From the NCBI RefSeq assembly GCF_006345805.1, contig NW_021833296.1, forward strand, positions 1 to 64,000: DNA of 64,000 nt. The letters are read 5' to 3'. The notes under the pieces were generated by a model. The model saw only the letters and a program-made list of their open reading frames with translations. It searched no databases and was not told the origin of the DNA. Position numbers and translations under genes: made by a program. This DNA comes from Octopus sinensis (Eukaryota). Shown piece after piece: positions 1 through 11,417 of the stretch (position 1 is the first letter of the stretch; each line of letters opens with the position of its first letter).

Positions 1-60
1 TGCTATTTCTAGAGTACCGAGCTACACCACACAGAAGATCTTGGTGTTCCCTCGATATGA

Positions 61-1800
61 AGGATGCGTGTGCATAAGCACACACACCCACACACATACA
101 CATACACACACACGATACGCATACTCACATACATACACGATACACATACACACCCGCACACTCAAACACAAACTTGCACACACATACTGATATACGCACA
201 CGCACAATTGGCGTATATTTTCTCCAAGCACGTGATAAGTTTTCGAACCATTCGCACGCAAGCGCACAAGAACGTTTATTAAAACACACACACACACAGA
301 CACACACACACACATATATAGAGTAAGATATGCACATATAAACCATGAAATATATACAAATATGTATTAACATGCAAACATTTAAACACCCATATACGTT
401 TAATTAAAGCGCGCTCATCTGCATACTCGTAAAAGAAGATTCCGAGACTTTTCTGTTCTCACTTACACACACAGAGAGGAAGTGATATAATGCTGCACAA
501 CATATACACACACATGCGAACACACACGCGTACACACACACACACACACACACACGTACACACACACACACAGAAGTTCATACACATACAAATGCAAAAA
601 GATATATGTCAACATCCAGATCTTTGAGCTATGTAGTATATATATATATATATATATGCATAATACATATATATATATATCTGTATATGTATAATATATG
701 TATATATGTATATGTATGTATATATATATATATAAAAATGTGTATATATAATATATATATATGTATAATATATATATATATATAATATATATATTGTATA
801 TATATATATATGATGTATGTATGTATGTATGTTGTATATATATAAAACGGTATAACAGGGTATCAAACCCAGTCGATAACACACATTAGAAAACGGGTGC
901 AAATATGTTCCGCATAATTTATGTGCGTGCGTGTGCGTGTGTGTGCGTGTGTGTGCGTGTGTGCGCGCGCGCGTATTTGTGGGTGTTTGTGTGTATACGT
1001 GTGTCCATGTGAGTGCGTATGCATGTATACGTGTTGTCTTTATATATATATATGAGTGTATATGTAGCATATATTGTGCATAGTTTAATTGATATATAAT
1101 TACATACACGCACCTATGCATGCACGCACGAACATATATATGACGTATGTATGTATATGTGTGTGTGTGCGTGCGTGTATGTGTGTGCGTGCGTGTATGT
1201 GTGTGCGTGCGCGAGGCTACCATAAAACCACCTCAACAAATTTCCTCGTAGCAGGAGCGAACCTGGGACCGCATGGTTGCAAAGCGAATTTCTTACCTGT
1301 GTCCAGGCGTACAAACATATATGCCTAGGTGCATCCATCCATCCATCCATTCATCCATCCATCCATCCATCCATCCATACATACATGCATACATACATAC
1401 ATGCATTACATACATAACACACCACAGAACACACACACACACACACAACATATATATATATATATACATATACATACATACATACATACAAACATACATA
1501 TATAATATATATATCTATAATATATATATATATATATATATATGCCTATATAGTTAGATACATAAATAAATAGATTTATTTCCATAAAGTTACATACAAA
1601 CACACACACACAGATATGTGTAAAATTACACATATGTTTACACATTACACGTACTCGATAATACAATGAAAGAGATATGACACATTTGACGCATTTGAAT
1701 GCGGTTAAGTAAGTTTGCTCACCCCACCCCCCGCCCCACATACAAACACACACACACGTACACACGCACATGTGCGCGCGCACTCGAACATAGCCACTCA
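61..1800. repeat. Compound microsatellite field (CA, TA, GT, TACA, TCCA)
   Basis: Directly visible runs; explains the HT/YI/CV-rich ORFs in the track. Confidence 0.95.
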
Positions 1801-2018
1801 CAATTATTTACAAACTTATATTTATATCTATCATTGATCAACAATAGTGTTATTGGTTGCTTCGCTTTTCACTGTTGTAATAAGGGAGTGTTCGAACATT
1901 GCGGCAAAGCAAATATCTAAAGGGTATGAGGTTCCGAGTGTTTCAGCTTTCACTCTTTCGCCGATTGTTTAATTCATTATACATGAGTAAATGCTAGAAA
2001 CAAAATCTTTATAATCTT

Positions 2019-2262
2019 TACTCTCTTTTACTCTTTTTTCTTGTTTCAGTCATTTGACTGCGGCCATACTGGAGCACCGCCTTTAGTCGAGCATATCGAC
2101 CCCAGGACTTATTCTTTGTAATCCTAGTACTTATTCTATCGGTCTCTTTTGCCGAACTGCTAAGTTACGGGGACGAAAGTACACCAGCATCGGTTGTCAA
2201 GCGATGTTGGGGAGACAAACAGACACACAAACATATACATACATACATACATGCATACATAA

Positions 2263-2293
<31 letters not shown>

Positions 2294-2301
2294 CATACAT
2301 A

Positions 2302-2338
<37 letters not shown>

Positions 2339-2620
2339 ATAGAAGGAGCTTCTACAGGACTAGAACTGTTTCATTCAAATGAAATCATCAGGAAGCTTCC
2401 TGATGATTTCATTTGAATGAAACAGTTCAAGTCCTGTAGAAGCTCCTTCTATATATATATATAATATATATATATATATATACATGCATACATATATACA
2501 ACGGGCTTCTTTTAGTTTCCGTCTATCAAATCCACTCACAAGGCTTTGGTTTGCCCGAGACTGAACCCAGAACCATATGGCTGGTAAGTAAGCTACTTAC
2601 CACACAGCCACGCCTGCGCC
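2019..2620 (-). mobile_element. SINE-A (tRNA-like head, internal microsatellite, GTAAAAGA-repeat tail)
   Basis: Minus strand starts GGCGCAGGCGTGGCTGTGTGGTAAG (A-box-like) with GGTTCAG (B-box-like) and ends CAGTCAAATGACTGAAACAAG plus (GTAAAAGA)n; same blocks recur more than 15 times; a palindrome sits in its central TA tract. Confidence 0.9.
2339..2452. repeat. Loopless ~110-bp palindrome inside a (TA)n tract
   Basis: 2341-2395 is the reverse complement of 2396-2450 with one mismatch; centre GGAAG|CTTCC. Confidence 0.95.
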
Positions 2621-2829
2621 TATAAAAATTCTTCATTCAGAATTGCATGTTTTATTAATTTTTTTTTTTTTATATTTCGTACAGAAGTTTCTGGCTTCAG
2701 ATTACACACGAACAATAACACTTTCTCGGTCAATTAATTCATAGATCTTCGTTCTTTATACATATGAAGCTGTACATTCCGGTGGAAAAAGTAGCAAGTG
2801 CATCTAATATATGATGAAGAATATTTAAA

Positions 2830-3050
2830 GCAGCGAGCTGGCAAGATTGTTAGCACGCCGGGCAAAATACTTAGCGGAATTTCTCCCGTTTTTACGTTCT
2901 GAGATCAGACTCCACCGAGGTCGACTTTGTTTTTCATCCTTTCGAGGTCGATAAACTAAGTACCAGTGGAACATTGGGGTCGATGCAATTGACTTCCTCC
3001 TTCCCCCAAAACTTCAGGCTTTCTGCCGCTAGTAGAAAGGTTATTTTTGA
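2830..3050 (+). mobile_element. SINE-B, alternative-tail variant
   Basis: GCGAGCTGGCAAG..GTTAGCACGCCGGG head and GAGGTCGACTTTG..TTCATCCTTTCGAGGTCGATAAA..AAGTACCAG core; 3' end differs from the main SINE-B tail. Confidence 0.8.
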
Positions 3051-3121
3051 TATAACAAATAGAATTAGATAACAAAGCAATAATAAATCTCTGAACGAGA
3101 TGTAAACAGTAACCGCTCGAC

Positions 3122-3334
3122 AACGTAAAGTATACTAGCCATCCCAATATGGCTAACCACTAAGGGTGGGTGTTACTGTAGCTTTTAGCCCTAGGAGATC
3201 ATCAAAAAATATCATAAGGGCACAGAAAGTGTGCCTAAAACCAGCTGGAGACGATGATCTCCTGGGGCTAAAAGCTACAGTAACACCCACCCTTAGTGGT
3301 TAGCCATATTGAGATGGCTAGTATTCTTTATGTT
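3122..3334. repeat. Inverted repeat, 82-bp arms (3122-3203 / 3253-3334), 49-bp spacer
   Basis: Arms match as reverse complements with about 4 mismatches. Confidence 0.92.
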
Positions 3335-3524
3335 AAATTATATAACAATTATTTATTAAGAGCTGCATGTTTTATTAATTCTTTTGATATTCTGTACAGA
3401 AGATCGTTGCTTCAGATTTCACTCCGACAATAATGCTTTCTTTGTCAATTAATTCATAGGTATTGATGAAACTGCATATTTCAGTGAAAAAAGAGGAAAA
3501 ATGCATCAAATATATGATGAATGG

Positions 3525-3580
<56 letters not shown>

Positions 3581-3583
<3 letters not shown>

Positions 3584-3754
3584 ATCCAAACAAGAAAGCA
3601 CAAAAAACAAGAACGCGAGGACGTGGAACAAATATAGTATTATCGGACGCTCAGGAAAGAAGGAGGGTTTAACGTTTCGAGCGGAGCTCTTCGTCGGAAA
3701 CATAGGAGAAGGGAAGACAGAGGAAAAAAAATCGCCAACGGTACACACGCGGTC
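3581..3754 (-). mobile_element. P1 short (TA)n-anchored PLE-terminus-like element with minimal HHR variant
   Basis: Homologous to 18515-18712, 48898-49064, 45672-45752; minus strand 3667-3701 reads GTTT CCGACGA A GAG ctccg CTC GAAAC GTT AAAC. Confidence 0.7.
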
Positions 3755-3865
3755 GGCTTGCTAGCAGAATCGTTAGCACTCCGAGCAAAATGCTTAGCGG
3801 TGTTTCGTTCTGACTTCCAAGTCCGCCGAGGTCGACTGTGCCTTTTATTCTCTCCGGGTCGGCGT
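3755..3865 (+). mobile_element. SINE-B, truncated and degenerate
   Basis: GCAGAATCGTTAGCAC..AAATGCTTAGCGG..CCGCCGAGGTCGAC blocks. Confidence 0.7.
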
Positions 3866-4289
3866 AAACGATTTATCCCTCAAGGTTGCCGACCAGCTGC
3901 CAAAAAATTTGACACATGTATATCATGAGTGATATTTGTTGTGAGAAATGAGTTCTTTAAAGCATATGAGCTGGATCATTGTATTTATTTAAGGTGAAAA
4001 ATGAGTACGAGAGTTAAGTAGGTCAGTATGTGTGAAAGTTTTCACTGCACGGATATGCTCATGCTCACGGTCATACTCTAATTCACACCGAAAGACACTC
4101 TCATACACTCATTAACATTCAGTTATTGTCATGTGCCTTTAGATCATGCATGAATGCGTTTAATAAGATGTATCTGTACATACGTCAATCTAATAAAAAC
4201 ATATTTTCATTAATAATTTATGAGAATAAAATACGTGGGTGAGATGTTTATGTGTTTTATTCTAAGCAGCAGAGTTTTCTGTTTTCGAA

Positions 4290-4614
4290 AAAGGTCTGGA
4301 AGTGCAGTAAAGTGTGACAGAGATAAGAGGGTATACAATTTACATGATGATATTTCTTTCAAGAGAACTTATGAAAGTGTTTTTAGCAAATAGGATTTCG
4401 TAGCTTTCTGTGGTGCATAAGTTACATGTTTTACTTTTATTAATTGGCTGAGCTCTCGCGATCATATTCTACTATAGATTATATGCTATATTTTTGAGTT
4501 TCTCATTTGTAATTTGAAAGGACAGTGAGGTGTCTACAATTTTCTTTTTGCAAAGAATTTTTGTATTTTTTACAATGAAATTTGAATGAGTTTAATGTGA
4601 GCCGTATGTGCCTG

Positions 4615-4615
<1 letters not shown>
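4290..4615 (-). pseudogene. Degenerate Neptune-type PLE GIY-YIG C-terminal fragment
   Basis: Hand translation across stops and a frameshift gives ..CRHLTVLSNYK*ELKN..NMIARAQPINKSKTCNLCTTESYEIL.., matching the T.LS.Y.W.LK / W.I..A.P / C.LC..E pattern also seen at 19759-20349; abuts (TA)n. Confidence 0.55.
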
Positions 4616-4660
<45 letters not shown>

Positions 4661-4662
<2 letters not shown>

Positions 4663-4855
4663 GACTAGTCGCCATGATAGATCGTTAGCCACTACACACA
4701 TTTGTTTTCTCTCCTTGTTTTTTCTGTGTCCCTTTCGTTAGAAGTGCGAAGGCTCGAAACATAAAAGACTTTTTCTATTCCTAAGCGTTATACTAATACA
4801 TCTGTTTGTTTTGTACACCACCTGTCTTCGTCTTTTGTTTCTTTTCGTAAACTCT

Positions 4856-4860
<5 letters not shown>
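4661..4860 (+). mobile_element. P2 short (TA)n-anchored PLE-terminus-like element, degenerate HHR
   Basis: Reverse complement of the family at 41826, 47293, 48181; (TA)n on both sides; 4733-4766 TTT CGTTAGA A GTG cgaagg CTC GAAAC ATA AAA. Confidence 0.75.
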
Positions 4861-4920
<60 letters not shown>

Positions 4921-6024
4921 GTGTGTGTGTGTGTGTGTGTGTGTATGTATATATGTATATTATTGCATATATGCATACATATATTTCTAAACACACACAC
5001 ACACACACATATATATATACATGGTCGCAGTTAAATGTCTGAAACAAGAAGATATATGTGTGTGTGTATGTGTGTGTGTGTGTGTGTATGTGTGTGTGTG
5101 TGTGTACATAGACAGTCTGTATGGAAAGATAGTTGCTCATCTGCTGCTTATTGAAAAGTGAAAGAAACTGGAATACGATGGTTACTTAATGCACTTTATA
5201 CATACGCTTTATAAACTTGGTGTGTAATTTTATAGACTTAATACACAGCACTCATAAAATATATATTCACTCTTATTTTTTTATTGTTCCGATAAACAAC
5301 AAAAAAATTCCGCACATATATATGATACAATCTTTAGTTAAATTGCATATACTTGACACTTAAATAAGCTTGAATATTTCACGGAATTGTGCGAAATTGC
5401 GCATGCTTTAAGTGATACGTGATATAGAAAAATCTTAATTCAATTTAAAACCCCCAAATACATTTTTCCCTTTCCAACCACCACCATCACCACCACCACC
5501 ACCACAACCATTTCTCTCCCGCTCTCTTTGTCCCTTCCCTTCTCTCCCCTCTCATTCTTCTCCCTCCTTTTCACCCCCCTCTCTGCTTTTCTTTAACTTC
5601 ACCATCAGAAAATAAATCCTCTGCTAAAATTGTATTTTAAACTCTCCTCCTCTACCGCCAACTAACTTTTTTTAACCATGTAATAAATATTACGTTCCCC
5701 TACCTCACGTCATGGGCGCTTCGCCCTCCCTCTTTTTCTTTCTTCTTCTTTCTGTCTCACTTTTGGCCTTATTCTCTTAATCTCTCTCTTTCTTTACTTT
5801 CCCCTCGCTTTCGCTCCAACTAATCACGTGAATGTATTACAATTACATTCTCTCTGCCTCACGTCATGGATGCTTCTCTCTCCCTCGTTTTTCCCCCTCT
5901 TTATTTCTCTCTCCCTCTTTTCTTTCTACGCCTTTTTCTGTAATCACTTGGAAGTGTTACCGACGGGCTAAGTAACGCAATGACAAGCAGAATTATATTT
6001 CAGCATACCTGATATACGCTGCAT

Positions 6025-7078
6025 GGATCTGTTCAGTCTGGCTCACAGTTTGGCTCACAAACTAAACAGTTTGAAACTTCGTATACTGGTGGAATGTCTC
6101 ACGCAGAACACAGTTTACTTTGAACATTTTTGACAAAATTTGGTGTTTCAGAATACATTTCGTGTTAAAGAAAGCTACTGCTGTTTGCGGTAGTAATCGA
6201 AGAGGAACAACTTCCGGGTCATCTCTACTAAATGTCACCACTCTGTTCTATTTTATATATTGTTTACTGCCTGTGTTGCATTAACATGCTTTCCTTTTTA
6301 TTTATTTATTTTGGTTTTCACTTCGGAGTAACCAGTATAGAGCGAAGAATGAACACCAAGAAGGAAGAAATATTTTTTGCTTATATTTATTCTTTTGCCC
6401 GGCATCGGTGTTTTATCCACACCGGTGTTTCAAAGAACTATAGAGCTACGAGTCCGCAACCAGCTTTTTGTTGTTGCCGTGTATGTAGTTTCAAAATGCC
6501 TTATTTTACAACTATGAGATGTATTGTTATTGTCCGGATTTTATCTTACTATAATCAACAAAAAACACATTTCGTCAATATAAATGTCTTTATTAGATTA
6601 AATACAACATTATCAAAACATGAAGGTTAAAACAAAACAAATAGTGGCTTATACGCTGGATAATGCGGCAATTGTAGTGGCAGTGACAAGTTCGCTCACT
6701 GGTTGCTAGTTGATAGTGTAGAAGGGAAGGAAAGACGAAGGAATGCACAGTGCTGACTAGAAAGGAAGAAAGGTTAAAGGTGGCATCATCTTCGCTCGAC
6801 AGTGGTGACATTTAGTAGAGGTGACCCAGAAGTTGTTCTTCTTTGATTGCTATCGCAAATAGCAGTAGCTTTCTTCAATCGAATACACGTCGTTGATTGG
6901 TTGAAACTACCAAAATACAACTTTAGCAAGAAATAATTTCTAAAATATCAAATTTTGTCAAAAATGCTCATAGTAAACCGTGCTCTGCGTGAGACATTCA
7001 ACCAGTATACGAAATTTGAAACTGTTTAGTTTTTAAAAAATTGATAACAAAATCTGTGAGCCAAACTGAACAGATCCC
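6025..7078. mobile_element. Foldback (long-TIR) non-autonomous DNA element
   Basis: 6025-6242 is an imperfect reverse complement of 6801-7078 (e.g. ACTTCCGGGTCATCTCTACTAAATGTCACCACT vs AGTGGTGACATTTAGTAGAGGTGACCCAGAAGT); ends GGATCT..AGATCCC; no coding capacity seen. Confidence 0.8.
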
Positions 7079-7149
7079 ACTGCATTGTGCTTAAAATACA
7101 GATATCACAAACACACGCGCACGCGCGCACACATGCGTACACACACACA

Positions 7150-7620
7150 TACATGTATATACGACCTGGAAACGAAGCAGCAATCAATTCAAGGGAAGCA
7201 TTCGATACCACCACACCCCCAAAAACGTGTCAAGTGAAGTCCAATGTCAAGACGATGCCTATTTGTTTCATCGATGCAAAAGGAATTATCCACATGTAAT
7301 TTACTCCTCTTGGTCACAATGTTTGTCAGACATTTTACTTGGCAGTTCTGATGCATTTGCGAAAACGCGGTGAGACGAAAACGCCCTGACCTCTAGCAGA
7401 GTGGAGAATGATGTCTCATCACGACAATGCACCCTAACCCTAACCCTCCGCATTTAGTGTGAGACAGTTTTTTTACTAATAATGGCATGGCCTCGCTTAC
7501 CCACCCTCCCTACTCACCCAGTGTTGCTCCCTGCGACTTTTTGTGTTCCCCGAATGAAAAAGTCCTTAAGAAAAACGTTTTGCAGATATGGAAGATATGA
7601 AGAAAAAGGTGAGGAGGCAC
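7150..7620 (+). pseudogene. Mariner-type transposase C-terminal remnant
   Basis: Broken frames give KSNVKTM..FIDAKGIIH, HDNAP, HPPYSP..APCDF motifs typical of mariner DD34D transposases; stops and frameshifts present. Confidence 0.85.
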
Positions 7621-8333
7621 CACATGTCCTTCATTGCTAAAGACATTCAAAACCATGTATGACACTTGCAGGAAATTTTGTGTGCATTATCCTTGGAACC
7701 TCAGAAGAGTCTGCACATAGCCATCTGTCATTTCTTCCGTTAGTTTTCTGGCCCTGCTCAAAGTTTTCTCATCTGAGAAAAATCAAATCATACCTTCTTC
7801 TGAGGGATTTTTAAGTTTGGTCAAAAGTCTCTTGGATCTGATTAAACGGAATTCTTTTGTTTGTTTTTTTTCCGACATGAACTGACCTTTCCTCATCAAG
7901 TAAGATATATATATATGAAGTCTTCAGGCACAACATTTCTGATTGTTTTTTGTGACAAACGAAATTTTTTGCAATTGACCTCATTTTTTTTTTCTGGATT
8001 GTCTTCAATATTTTGCTTAACTTCCTAATTAAATTCAGGTGTCCTGATAGAATCAGAGCATTTGGAATGTTTTTTACATTTTGATACAGGTAATAACGCT
8101 TCCATCATCTTTCTCAAACTCCCACTGAATCTTGTGGACAAAAGATCTAGCAACTTTCAGAAAACAAGAAATTTCTAAATCACCATGCCTTCAAAGCCAC
8201 AGTCAATAATGCTTTTTTATTTCCTTAGTAAGCATAGGGCCTGTCATTGTTATTTTCTAAAATAGAAGTTCAATAAAAATTAGTCAAATAAAATAAAGAT
8301 TAAAAATGTATGTGTCCTCAAATACCGTCCGCA

Positions 8334-8397
<64 letters not shown>

Positions 8398-8398
8398 A

Positions 8399-8440
<42 letters not shown>

Positions 8441-8442
<2 letters not shown>

Positions 8443-8730
8443 CACGTCAGGTAACCGACCAGGCTATCAGATGTTGCTAAACATCGCTGGTCACAATGCG
8501 TTTCGCATTGTTTTAGCCTCCAAATGACGCCACCCCGCTGGTTAAGCGAGCAGTCAAACAGAAGAAAGAGTGAGAGAAAGTTGCGGCGAGAGAGTACAGC
8601 AGGGATCGCCACCATCCCTTGCCGGAGCCACGAGGAGCTTTAGGTGTTTTCGCTCAATAAACACTCACAACGGCCGGTCTGAGATCCTACGACCGCGAGT
8701 CCGCTGCCCTAACCACTGGGCCATTGCGCC
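8441..8730 (-). mobile_element. SINE-C (tRNA-like head GGCGCAATGGCCCAGTGGTTAGGGCAGCGGACTC)
   Basis: Near-identical body at 32221-32497 and 3' part at 44368-44490. Confidence 0.85.
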
Positions 8731-8800
8731 GCCACCTATATATATATATATATATATTCGTTTTGCCAAATTCTTGATGTGAATTTGTGTGTTGAAACAG

Positions 8801-9010
8801 ATATTGTAGTATTTGAGGATGGCCATGTTGCCAGTTTAGCCACGCACTATATATTTGGTGTTCATTTGCTTCAGTTTTATTTTATATTATATATTAATCG
8901 TATAATATACGATTAGTATAACATAAAGCTGAAGCAAATGAACACCAAATATATAGTGCGTGTGTTTCTATTGGCTAAACTGGCAACATGACCAAACCTA
9001 AATACAATAT
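8801..9010. repeat. ~210-bp imperfect palindrome centred on an AT-rich hairpin
   Basis: 8843-8874 and 8929-8960 are a perfect 32-bp inverted pair; outer arms CATGTTGCCAGTTTAGCCA / TGGCTAAACTGGCAACATG. Confidence 0.92.
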
Positions 9011-9029
9011 ATAGCAGGTTAGTTGATTA

Positions 9030-9176
9030 CATCAACGTCAGTATTCAACTGGTACTTATTTCATCGACCCGGGAGAGTTGAAACGCTAAGCGGACCTCGG
9101 CGGAATTTGAACGCAGAATGTAAAGACAGACGCTTCGCACTATGCCCGGAGTACTAACAATTCTCTCAGCTCACCA
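9030..9176 (-). mobile_element. SINE-B, degenerate
   Basis: CTGGTACTTATTTCATCGACC..GACCTCGGCGGAATTTGAAC blocks in reverse orientation. Confidence 0.7.
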
Positions 9177-9376
9177 TTTTATTTATGTTATACATTGGTT
9201 ACAAATGCTCGTCAGTTTTCTGTTTTACAAGTATTTTCATTATTTTTAGGTTTAATTGATCGATACTAAATTTTGTTTCCGTTGCGTACGGCCTCATTCT
9301 GTTGCATTGAGGTTAACTCTTGTTTTGCACATACAAATAAACTTTCCAACATAAAACTAAAAAGAAAAATTAATTA

Positions 9377-9750
9377 GGTGTAGGAGTGGCTGTGTGGTAA
9401 GTAGCTTGTTTACGAACCATTTGGTTCCGGGTTCAGTTCCACTGCGTGGCACCTTGTGAGTGGATTTGGTAGACGGAAACTGAAAGAAGCCCGTCGTATA
9501 TATGTGCATATACATATGTATGTGTGTGTGTACATGTTTGTGTGTCTGTGTTTGTCGCCCACAACATTGCTTGACAATCGATGCTGGTGTGTTTACGTCA
9601 CCGTAACTTAGCAGTTCGGCAAAAAGAAACCGATAGAATAAGTACTAGGATTACAAAGAATAAGTCCTGGGGTCGATTTGCTTGACTAAAGGCGGTGCTC
9701 CAGCATGGCCACAGTCAAATGACAGAAGCAAATAAAATAGTAAAATAGTA
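9377..9750 (+). mobile_element. SINE-A with internal deletion at CCTTG microhomology
   Basis: Full head and tail; GGCACCTTG joined directly to TGAGTGGATTTGG. Confidence 0.9.
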
Positions 9751-10114
9751 AGAAAAAATAGTAAATACAACACTATTGACATTAACAACACCATTTATTG
9801 AACTAAATAATATAATCATCACTTACGACATTAAATTAGCAATAATTCAGCGATACATTTTACAACTAGAACACAGTATATGAAAGTTGATCCACATAGC
9901 TTATCTGTGGCAACGGAATGTCTGGATATTTGCGTGGGAAGTCATAACTGACCAGCGCTTACTGCAAATGCTGCAGTTTTTGATATTACATGATAATGTA
10001 CCAACTCGATAGCGTTTCAAACAGCATAATTCATTCTCCCTCTCCTTTCTCTCTCAGCCTCTCTCTTCTATTCCTTCAATGCTTGTGTATCATTTCAATC
10101 TGTCTATCTATCTA

Positions 10115-10184
<70 letters not shown>

Positions 10185-10185
10185 A

Positions 10186-10788
10186 GGCGCAGGCGTGACT
10201 GTGGTAATAATCTTGCCTCCTAACCACATGGCTTCGGGTTCAGTCCCACTGCGTGGCACCTTGGCGAGGTGTTCTTCTAATATAGCACCGGGCCGACCAA
10301 AGCTTTGTGTGTGCATTTGGTAGACGGAAACTGAAAGAAGCACGTCGTATATATGTATGTATATATATAATCTTATATATATATATATATATATATATAG
10401 TATATATATATGTATATATATGTATATATGTATATGTATATGTATATATATATATATATACTATATATATATATATATATGATATATATATATATAATAT
10501 ATGTATCTATATGTATGTATTATATATATATGTATATTATGATATATATATATATATTATATATATATATGTACGTATTATGTATTTGTGTGTCTTTGTT
10601 TGTCCCCCCACCGTCACTTGACAACCAATGTTGATGTGTTTACGTCACAGTAACTTAACGGTTCGGCAAAAGAACCGATAGAATTAGTACTAGGCTTACA
10701 AAAATAAGTCTGGGTTCGATTCATCGAATAAAGGTGAGGCCAGCATGGCCGTTGTCAAATGACTGAAACAAGTAAAAGAGTAAAAGAA
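10186..10788 (+). mobile_element. SINE-A with expanded (~250 bp) internal TA tract
   Basis: Head, CCTTGGCGAGGTG block, GGAAACTGAAAGAAGC, tail GACTGAAACAAGTAAAAGAGTAAAAGA. Confidence 0.9.
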
Positions 10789-10837
10789 TATATATATATA
10801 TATATATATATTATCTATATATATAGATATATATATC

Positions 10838-10877
<40 letters not shown>

Positions 10878-11032
10878 ATTAGAAAAAAATCAGCTTTTAT
10901 CAATTCAAATGACCAATTAAATTACACCATCTAGAAAATTACATATAATAGAAATATTAAAATTAAAATAATAAAATGTCAATGATTAAGTAAATTGCAA
11001 AAAAATAACAAAAACGTATATAATTGATAGAA

Positions 11033-11121
11033 TAACGACGCGTGTTTTGTGGCTATATTTAAGAAATGATTATAGTAGTAGTGAAATCACTTCGATATAA
11101 ATATAGTCACTCATCAGGTTA
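11033..11121 (-). ncRNA. Hammerhead-like motif with long stem II, G12 mutated
   Basis: TAAC CTGATGA GTGACTATATTT..AAATATAGCCAC AAAA CACGCG TC GTTA; sits in a ~290-bp AT-rich island with (TA)n on both sides. Confidence 0.6.
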
Positions 11122-11165
11122 AAAATAAACTAGAACAATAAAGTAATTAATTAATAAATATACTT

Positions 11166-11200
<35 letters not shown>

Positions 11201-11417
11201 GAGAGAGAGAGGTTTTGAGAGGTAATGGTGTCAGTGAGACCCAAAGGTGTCAGGTAATACTGAATAAGTGCTATGGATAGACAATAGTTAAGTTCCAGTT
11301 TCGGTGATTATGCGAATAAGGGATCAAACTTAGGTCATATATCAGCGTGTGTATATAAATTTTTTTTTTGTAATGAGAAAAAGGCTGTGTAGATTTTAGA
11401 ACATTTATAAATAGAAG

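Larger units (their letters stand above)
2640..3525. repeat. Diverged ~170-bp direct repeat pair (2640-2820 and 3361-3525)
   Basis: Shared GCATGTTTTATTAATT...GTACAGAAG...GCTTCAGATT...GTCAATTAATTCATAG...ATATATGATGAA blocks in the same order. Confidence 0.75.

Noticed and set aside
22-1801. Numerous HT/YI/CV-rich ORFs here and throughout the window
   Set aside because: They are translations of dinucleotide and tetranucleotide microsatellites that lack stop codons.
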